The notes under the pieces are model-generated. The model was not told the origin of the DNA. It saw only the letters and a program-made list of their open reading frames with translations, and made no database searches. Source: Adineta vaga (Eukaryota; Animalia; Rotifera). Taken from it: DNA of 64,000 nt. Shown here piece after piece: positions 54,764-64,000 of this stretch. The position numbers and the translations under genes are program-made. The DNA lies in the NCBI GenBank assembly GCA_021613535.1, contig CP075493.1, positions 3,348,001 to 3,412,000 of the forward strand, written 5' to 3'. Each line of letters begins with the position of its first letter. Within the stretch, counting starts at the first letter, position 1.

Positions 54764-55556
54764 ATGCAACATCGTCCTCAAAGACAATTACCTCACAGAT
54801 CAGCTAGTGCATCCAAAGCAAAACAACGTTATCCATCTCATCATGATAAATTTTTTCATTTACCAACAACAATCGCATTGAATGATCCATTTTTACGCCG
54901 ATTGTATAGTGTCGTTTCACTGGTTCTCGATGATCATCCATATCCTTCTACACGAGAAGAATTTTCACGACGTACACACGAAATTGAACGCAATGTTCGA
55001 GAATTACATCTAACTTCAAATCAAATGAAATTTCTACAACGACTAGTTGCAGAAACTGGCATTACACTGGTTCGTTTCCTTTTCACTTTCTCTCTTTCTC
55101 GTAGACAATAATTACTTTTTTTTCTCTTTTGCTTTCAAGGTGGATCTCTGGCAAGGTTCTCATATAATTGTACGTGATAATGGATTTTTATATGATACAT
55201 GGTCACACTCACCAACTGCACTGCCACGTTTTTCATCACATTATCGACAAGTTCCTCTTCAACAATATGGAATTTATTTTCGAGATCATCAATTACTTTT
55301 CGGAAAAACCGCTCTGGATGGTTCAACATGGTTTCAAATGGAAGCACATGGATTTGATCCAAATGATATTTATAATGATCCAGATCTTGCTGTTTATCAT
55401 GGACAAGATTTCTTGAAATATCGTTTACATGGAATGAATGTTGGACCATTTGGCTTTTCTCCTCATACAGAAACAATGAGTCCAATTATTCGACAATATA
55501 AACCAATGAAACTGGTACAGAATCGAAAGCATAGAGTATCACATTATCTACAGTAG
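54764..55556 (+). CDS. 240-aa protein of unknown function, candidate horizontally acquired
   Basis: Exons 54764-55069 and 55140-55556 are in frame. Globular-looking core RFSSHY...QYGI...LLFGKT..DGSTWFQME.H...H..DF.KY...NVGPFGFSPHTE. Confidence 0.7.
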
Positions 55557-57002
55557 AACTGAAGGCAAATTTTTGTTAAGATATTTTAAGAAAATATTCA
55601 ATAATTAAAAGTGAATACATACTTAAATATATAACAATCGAATTATTTATAATGAAATAAAATGAATCATTATGAATAAATTTGAAGAATAAATTGTATT
55701 TTAATAAAGTCAAGATTAGATGAATTTCGTTTCAATGCTATAATAAACAAAACTATATAAAACAAGAAAATAATATTGAAATTTTTCTTAAATTTACAAA
55801 ATTTCGTTGATTATTAAATAGTACAATTTAACAAGACAGTTAAGATTTAAAAGCAGATCAAGTAACTGATATTAATTATCACAAGAGGAAATTGAAATTT
55901 TTATCTAATATATATTATAAGAGTAGAAGTAGATCATTTCAAATCATCTGTTGATATTTATTTAAGTTGTTATTATTAATTCTTAAAAATGCATGTGGTA
56001 AGTGAGTGAATTGACGATAGTGATATAAATAAATCGAGATAAATAATACAATTGGTTACATTAGAAGTACGACAGATGAGTACAGTAGATGTCAGTAAAA
56101 ATCTGCTCATGGTCAAAATTAACAAAATAATATCCTTTCAAAATATTCCCGTAAACAGTCAAATTCAATGTATATTATTATCTAGAAAAAACGATATTAG
56201 TGGTTCCGTTCATCATCAAAGAATATTTGATTGTTTGATAGATTGCATCTACCTCAATCATACGATGAGTTCCTATGTAGATTATAGCACTTGTATATTG
56301 CCAATCATTTGTCGAATAATCGAATAGTATTCACAATACAGTAGTGACTGATTCTTTCGAATATCCGCAGATGATCATTTCTTTTGTTGAATTATACATA
56401 GAACAGGATGTCACACATATATCTCTTATTCTTTAGATCTAAACAAGCATATTGTTTAATTAATCTTGTCTTTCTTCTCAAATATGAAAACAATGTTAAC
56501 AATAGAATCATCATAGTTTGATAATCAGAATCCATCGACAATATTCAAATATATTTATCAATTTATATACATCTATATATCTAAAGAAGAAACAATCATT
56601 TCTAAACATTAAGTTTCATTCATATTCTTCGAGTTCAACGAACATTTCTCCATTCTTCCAATCGCTTTCTATCACAAAATGAATGAATAATAACTACATC
56701 AATTCCTTACACTTCATTTAGTTTTCAGTTCTCTTGTCCATCCATATTCTCCAACTTTAATTCATTTTATTCTATTCAAGTAAGACCTTCCGCACTAAAA
56801 CCTCATTCATATCAATGCCATTGTTTAACACTACTAAGACTTTCTCGTTACAATAAACTATCCATATTATTGTCCATATTCACTTGATAAAAGTATTCTT
56901 CCCACATTAACCTATATCGAAACCTAGAATTTGACACCGATTATTCCCATGACTAGCAATATTTAGACGCAATTCGATGATAACATCATCGTCAACGTCA
57001 TT

Positions 57003-57158
57003 TGACGTCAATCTCATTTATCATTCTTTCGTAATTACATGCACAACCAGGTAAACACATCCACCATATCAACCAATCACATCAATCAGTATCTCAAAAA
57101 AACGACGTAAAACCCCTTTCTCTCTCTTTCTCTCTCGTCCATCAGCACACTATAAAAG
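57003..57158 (+). promoter_or_regulatory. CRE palindrome (TGACGTCA 57003-57010) and TATA (57151) of small gene 1
   Basis: Exact motifs upstream of ATG 57246. Confidence 0.5.
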
Positions 57159-57245
57159 CACATAAATCGACACACTTTATCTCCAACAAATACATTCCAA
57201 CTCTCAAACTTACAAAAAACTTCTTCAACTACTCCATATATATAT

Positions 57246-57625
57246 ATGAGTAAGTATCATTCTTGTCTTCATCTTCTTATTCATATCTTTTTTCTATTCT
57301 GTAGACTTTTTGATCAATGGACTTGAACGCCGTGTCGGTATCGACTTGAATAATGATGGGTACATTGGAGGAGAAGGTAACATAACATATCTCATTTCAT
57401 TTCTTCTTCACCTTCTCATTTCTAGGTTTTCTGAGCAAACTCGAAAGAAAAACACACATTGATTTCAATGGTGATAATATTATTGGTCGTCCATATGATA
57501 CTCCATACTATGCTCCATCGATGATGCATTATGGTGGTGGATATCCTTCGATGTCATATGGTGGATATCCCTCGACATCTTACGGTGGATTCACTTATGG
57601 TCCAACACATTTTCGATATTACTGA
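57246..57625 (+). CDS. 91-aa protein with two DxNxDG/DxNxDN loops and a YGG-rich tail (paralog 1)
   Basis: Exons 57246-57249 (ATGA|gtaagt), 57305-57376 and 57426-57625: MNFLINGLERRVGIDLNNDGYIGGEGFLSKLERKTHIDFNGDNIIGRPY...YGGGYPSMSYGGY...RYY*. Missed by the ORF track. Confidence 0.85.
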
Positions 57626-58146
57626 CAGTAATAGCAACAACAACAAATCATACATGAACTCTTCTTATTCTTTTATCTTTTTCTGCATTTTGTTTGTTTT
57701 TCTTTGAATTCAAAATAAATCTCTTTGTCACTATCAAATAATGAATTATGTTCTACTTTACATTGATCTCATCTCATCTCATATCATCTCATATCATATC
57801 ATATCATTACATACATTCTTCTCATTGCTTTTCTAATGCATTAGCATACAGTCATAGTTCATATAACAATCAAGTCATTTTCCAAATGAATCTCATCTTT
57901 CTTTGTCATTCATTGGTGAAACACACTATATATCTAATCTTACAACCTCTGCCATATTTCAGCTCGTTTCTCAGTCACTTCTCTATATCGAAATGAGATC
58001 GACGTGTTTTTAGATCATTCATATCCTATATTTGTTGATCTAGATATCAACAGAACAAATCTAAGTAAAACATATCAAAACTAGGTAGTTATTCGAATGA
58101 TTGTTTCTCATACTGATTCTCATATTCTCAAGATGAGATTCATTGA

Positions 58147-58387
58147 TGACGTCATGTCAAAACGAGACCAAGGTTAGATTCGTTACCTTGTTTGATCTAG
58201 TTCTCTATCATCACTCATTACCTTGGACGCAAGTGACGCATTTTATTTTCATCGTCATCATCATCATCATCATGCTTATGACGACAACAACAACAACACG
58301 CATTCGTTTGTACACATGTACATCACTCACTCGACGTCATCATCGTATCTTGTGCGTTCTTTCATTACATAGTCAATACTATAAATA
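58147..58387 (+). promoter_or_regulatory. CRE palindrome (58147-58154), CRE-like sites and TATA (58380) of small gene 2
   Basis: TGACGTCA, TGACGCA, CGACGTCA and TATAAATA upstream of ATG 58477. Confidence 0.5.
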
Positions 58388-58476
58388 CAAACATACATCA
58401 ATCGATTTACATATCAAGCATAACTAGCTCAACTGTTTATTTCATTCTCTACACTAAAGACACACAAACAATCACA

Positions 58477-58786
58477 ATGAGTAAGTCTTATTTGAAGAAC
58501 ATCGATTTGATAATTCTACGGTACTGTCTTTGCTTGTTTAGATATGATGATGAATCGTGTTGAACGTAGTATTGGCATCGATTTGAATAATGATGGATAT
58601 ATTGGAGGTGAAGGAATGATGAGTCGATTAGAAAGAGCAACACATATTGATTTCAATGGTGACAATATTATTGGTCGTCGTCCTGATGTGTTATATGGAT
58701 ATCCATCGATGTATGGATACGGAAGTGGAATATCACCTATGGCACAACCATATGCATATAGAACCACTTATTATGGTTACTATTAA
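58477..58786 (+). CDS. 82-aa DxNxDG-repeat/YG-rich protein (paralog 2)
   Basis: Exons 58477-58480 and 58542-58786: MNMMMNRVERSIGIDLNNDGYIGGEGMMSRLERATHIDFNGDNIIGRRP...YYGYY*. Confidence 0.85.
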
Positions 58787-58907
58787 TTGTTAGAAAGATT
58801 TTTTTTCTTTACTGTAAATGTAAATATGTAAAACTTTGATTAATAAATGCAGTATAAAAAAGGAAAAAGTTTTTGTATGAGAAATATTTCAATTCAAAGT
58901 TTGATGA

Positions 58908-59830
58908 TTACATTGGTGGTCTCTTGCTAGCGGTCATATTAATCGTTGATTTACATGTTGGACATGCGAGTTCAGTAGCACGAGTATCACCGTTGTTAAA
59001 TATTGCTGGTGCAGGATAGGTAGGGTAAGGAACCGGATAATTTACCGTTGGTGTAGGATAACCAGTGAATTGTTGAGGATAGTTATGAAAATGGGCAGGG
59101 TAGGTTCCTGCTGGTGGCATAGTTAGCATACCATTTGAAACTGCAGATGGTCCTACAAATGGATTTTGCGTTTGTGGATAAATTGTTTGTGGTCGTTTAG
59201 CTCGATATACTCGAATACTTGTTATTATATAAACGATAACGTATGCTGTACATAAAAGAAACATAAGCACAGCAGCCCCTAATTGTGCTTTAATCAATGG
59301 CATTTTCACATAATCAAAATTATACTGTGTATAAAATAGGCCACGTGTTGGTGCAGAACTAGTACATACAGACGTTGGAAAAAAGCATGTAGTGGGAGAA
59401 GCAATATAATATGCATCAAAACCAATGACACATAAAGCAAAAAACATGGAGATCACTTGAATAATTAACGTATATGTTGCACATCCACGTCCACGATAAC
59501 AACATGCTAAAAAGAGAGATGAACAAAATAAACATCATTCATATGAAATTTTAATAATTTCATACAAGAAACTGATTGTGAAATCCATGCAATCATGAAA
59601 AATAAACTTGCCCACAGACCAACGTATATTGTTGCAGTTACAATATCAATCAGCATACTACCCACTTCACAGCCAATAATTACGATTGTAATAATAAATT
59701 GTACAAAAGATAATATACCAGAAATAACTGCTGGATATTTTTGTCGCCATAATGTCGGTGGAGGTGGTAGTGGTAGTGGTAGTGGTGGTGGTGGTGGTTG
59801 TTGGATCATAGTCGGAACGTTAGTAATCAT
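58908..59830 (-). CDS. Four-TM MS4A/CD20-like protein (paralog B)
   Basis: Poly-Pro N-terminus, YVGLWAS, PTTCFF, IKAQLGAA, Pro/Tyr-rich tail with CPTC. Intron at the same position as in paralog A. Confidence 0.65.
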
Positions 59831-60618
59831 CTTTCTACTTTCGAATATTCTTCTATATAGAATTCAAAATTCTTTCTGTCGTTGTGTTTTATATAACTCG
59901 AATGCTAATCAATTTATTTGTTTTTGTCAAAATCAATATGGTTTCTTTTTCTTTGGTGATGAAATAATGATTTTTTTGCCTCATTTGCATACACCTACGA
60001 ATCCAAAATTATTAAATTTATTTTTCTTATTTTTTCCAAACTGATCAATTCAAATTTCTTATTTCGGTTACAGAAATCCATCCGATCATCATTTTTCAAA
60101 TATTTCTATACGATGATCACAAAGAAAGAGCAAGAAATGATATATAGACATCAGTCGAATATTTGTTTTTCGTTCTCATTGAAATTCTACATCACTTCAT
60201 TTGTCACTTTCATCAGACATCTTACATACAATTTGAAAGCTTTTTGTTTTGCATATTCATACACGTACTTATAAATATTTGTCGAGATTATATTCTGTAC
60301 AGTTGATGATAATACACAATCAATGATTATAAAAAGATATCTATCATGAATCGAAGATTTATCACAAATTATATTATTGATTTGATTTCATACAAGATGA
60401 ACGAGACGACATCGTTATCAACTAAGTTCTGCTTCCAGCGCCCTCTGAAGTGCGGTGTTTTTTATCTTGATTCGTTGACTCACCAAACTCTAACTAACGA
60501 CGTCGACGACGACGTACATACGTGCTCACTCATCATCATCACGACTTTTTTTGATCCATATTGTTCAGCTCATAGGTAAATCAGTGCAATTTTCAATACT
60601 AATCTTATCGTATTTCAG

Positions 60619-63021
60619 ATGTCATACTTATCTGATCGTCAATACGGTCATCTTTCTCATCGATCACTTCTACTTAAATTAAAAAATTCTTCATCCATAA
60701 CCAAACGTTTAACTCTCGATTGTACATTGAATGTTCATCGTGGTTGTGTCAATACAATTTGGTGGAATGAACTCGGTACAACCATTCTTTCCGGTTCCGA
60801 TGATCAAAATTTAGTAGTAACAAATCCTTATACACGAAAAGAATTAATTAAAGTTCGTAGTGGTCATCGTGAAAATATATTCTCTGCAAAATTTCTTCCT
60901 GAAACCAATGACCGACGTGTAGTTTCCTGTTCAGGAGATGGTATAATTTTCCATACTAATTTCGATCGTCCACCAAGTACACATTCACATGAAGGATGTT
61001 TTTCATGTCATGGATCTTCAACAACTTATGAAGTTCGAATTATTCCACATACACCAAATTTGTTTCTATCATGTTCTGGTAAAATATTCAAAATAATACA
61101 AGATTTTCGAATAAGATTTATATTGAATTTAGATGATTGTACGATTCGTTTATATGATTTGAGAACGAAAAGCAATTGTTTAAAAGATCAATGTAATGAT
61201 GATATATTGATTAAAAGTAATTGGGGAATAACATCAATGGATGTTAATCCAATGAATTCAAATGAAATTGTTTGTGCTTGTTCCGATTCTGTAAGTGTAT
61301 AAAGATACATAATTGAAGAGATGTTTTAATTATTGTATGACATTTTTCTAGACAATTCGACTTTATGATCAACGACAACTTTCTACACAACCATCATCAA
61401 CTATGTCAATACGTGAACGGTGTCACTTATCGAGCAAAGGTCTTCTATCCTATTTTAGTCTGTCTAATCAAAAAGAACAACGTCGATCGCGTATTACATC
61501 TGCAGTTTTCAATTCGTATGGAACAGAAATATTAGCATCTTATTCCTCGGAATCAATTTATTTACTTAATCCGAAACAAGTCATTACTCAAGAACAGATG
61601 AAAGAACAACTTCAAGAACATCATAATAAAAAACAAAAACGATTAGATACGAAAGTAAATAAATCCACTTCAGATAAATCGTCAGACCTTGAAACGAAAA
61701 CTTCTCATGTTAAACGATTACGTCTTCGTGGTGATTGGAGTGATACTGGTATAAATATTCTCTTTCGTTCACATATATAAAACAAATAGAAATAAATATT
61801 TAGGTCCAGATTCTCGTCCGTCCAATGAAGAAGATGAATTATCATCATCATCACCACCAATTACTAATCCGTCTAACGAATCCAATGAACAACAACCATC
61901 GACAACATCGGGACGAAATTTACAAAATTTCTTTATGCAACGTATGAGTGATATTTTAACACAGTTAGTCACCGGTTCTCCATCGGAATCGGAACAAACA
62001 GAAACAATTACAAATGATACAGCTTCATCTTCTCCTCCTCCTCAATCATCAACCAATAATTCCAATCCTCCTCCTCCTCCTGCTGCTGCAACAACTACAA
62101 ATCATCATGAAACTGATGATAATGAGTCTGAAGTATGTCTCATTTAAGAAGTAGAATTTATTTCTTTGAAACTGATTCATTTCTTAGTCGAGTACTGTAT
62201 TCGATTTAATCTTAAATGAGGATCATTCATTACACACAGAAGAGAATGATGACGAAGACGATGATGATGATAATGTATGAGTTACACTTATTTCTCTATT
62301 CATAATTCTAATGAATTATATAGGAACATGATCCAATGACGACAAACTATTCTCAGTTGCATCGAAGTTCTGGTGGATCTGTTTCAACAAAATGGGATCG
62401 GTTAAGACAACGTCGAGAAGCTGATCGTGCCTATGAGGAAAATCATCTGAAGAACATTCCGTGTTTGGGTTTACTTAATTCTTATGATGGTCATCGTAAT
62501 GCACGAACAATGATAAAAGAAGCAAATTTTTGGTCCGATAGTTATGTGATGTCGGGTTCCGATTGCGGGTAAATATTTTCTCAAAAATTAATCAAAAATA
62601 CGAAACGATGTTTTCGTTTTAGACATATCTTTATTTGGAATAAATTTACTGGCGATATTGTTCGAATAATCGAAGCAGATGAACATGTAGTCAATTGTGT
62701 ACAACCTCATCCACTTGATTATCCTATATTGGCATCGAGTGGTATTGATTAGTAAGTAATATGAAATGTTGTTGAGAAAAATCGAAAGAAAAAAAGAACC
62801 CTTTTTATTTTAGTAATATAAAAATCTTTTCTCCATTGGCTCGAACACCAATTGATGATAGTCAGCTTATAAATCAAACGGTAAAACGTAACTATGCAAT
62901 GACAGAACAAACATCAAGTACAATAACAGTTCCAGCAACTTTTATATTTCGTATGCTGACATCAATGTATCGTTCACAACATTCCGAAGAAATGTCAGGA
63001 TTAGATGATGACGATGATTAA
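60619..63021 (+). CDS. DCAF6: DDB1- and CUL4-associated factor 6-like WD40 protein
   Basis: [14 protein letters not shown]...[54 protein letters not shown]...[29 protein letters not shown]. Confidence 0.92.
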
Positions 63022-63072
63022 ACCGAGTGACATTGCTTTTACTGTTTTCATTGTACATTTTTTGTATTTATC

Positions 63073-64000
63073 TTATTTAATCAACAGACGTACGATGATT
63101 ATTTGAATAAAAACAACCAAAACATGAACATTTTCGAAGGATGAAACAGATGAACTCGCATCTTTTGAATCCGTTCCAGTTTCGGTAATTATCTCAAGTG
63201 TATCATAATAATTTTTTATTACGTCATATCGATCACATAGACCACAAAATTTTGGACAATCATTAAGTACATTTGCATAAGAAATACAAAGACTTTTATC
63301 AGATCCATAATCACAATCATTCGATAAATATGTACACTCGAGCTTTTCACATTGTTTACCATCTGCATGTGTTTGACATTGACATTGACATGAATCAAGA
63401 TCAATTTTGCCATTATAGAGACAAACTAAACCACCACAATCTAAAATATATACATTTCTTTTACATGAAAATCGTCTGAGAAGATTCATAACCATGTAAT
63501 CGTTTATTCTTTGATGGAGAAGAAAGCGCATGTTCATATGGTTTATTATCGCCTAATTGTCTTAATATAAAAAGCAATTTATCTATGACAAAATACAGTA
63601 TGAATATTTGACATACCCAGTCACATAATCTAAACGAGAGTATCAGATTTTTTCAATAGAAAACTAAGACTTACTACACACATAAAATGGCCACTCTTTA
63701 TGTGGATTGAATATACTTTTAGGGCAAAAAGCTAATCCGCAACCAATCAAAGTTGCTGTATCTTTTACCATCTATTTGATAGAAATTTAATAGAGAAACA
63801 ATGAATCATATCTATAATTGACCTGTGTGTAATGACCGACAACACTATTCTGAAATGGACTCCCATAGACGAAATCTTTCTTTTCACTTGCCCAAGCTTG
63901 AATTACTTGAATCCAATTTTGATAACCCATAGCTAGAGAATTTCAAAGAATTTTCAAATAATAGACTAAAAAAAAGTAGATACCAATATTTTGGCCAGTG
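63073..64000 (-). CDS. CAP/SCP-domain protein with EGF-like and ShK-like C-terminal modules (3' part; runs off the window)
   Basis: WIQVIQAWASEK...VVGHYTQ|MVKDTATLIGCG...YVC (CAP motifs). CLYNGK..CQCQC..GKQCE, CPKFCGLC, and a hydrophobic C-terminal anchor. Confidence 0.8.

Noticed and set aside
59595-60044. 149-aa + strand ORF with Gly/Ser run
   Set aside because: Antisense shadow of the poly-Pro region of the 4TM gene.
60435-60450. CCAGCGCCCTCTG, and a similar string near 37302, resembling a CTCF/YY1-type site
   Set aside because: Partial match only and cannot be supported without a motif scan.
1-64000. Transposons, CRISPR arrays, tRNA/rRNA genes
   Set aside because: No transposase or RT motifs, spaced repeats or recognisable structural RNA seen by eye. 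tRNAscan/Infernal/RepeatMasker were not run.

Overview
AT-rich, gene-dense animal genomic DNA with many ~50-60 nt GT-AG introns. The style suggests a bdelloid rotifer such as Adineta or Rotaria (inference only). About 24 protein-coding genes are recognisable: SLC35E1, a CELF3-6 RNA-binding protein, an atypical Rab, a type I membrane protein, a La-module/Tudor fusion, TXN2, two MS4A-like 4TM paralogs, a ~1075-aa double-domain prenyltransferase of bacterial type, SPPL2, a tandem GPR158-ectodomain-like protein, an insect-type AANAT, an N-extended COX6B, a small membrane protein, netrin, CLN5, a disordered Ser/Pro-rich protein, two SLC15A4 paralogs, a probable foreign orphan, two tiny DxNxDG/YGG proteins, DCAF6 and a partial CAP protein. 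The highlights are: (1) the fused two-domain isoprenoid synthase; (2) the La-RRM-Tudor architecture; (3) a duplicated netrin V-2 (LE2) exon; (4) a miR-279-seed hairpin with two matching sites in the CELF 3'UTR, plus hidden alternative CELF exons. Exon boundaries were read by eye and no database searches were run.
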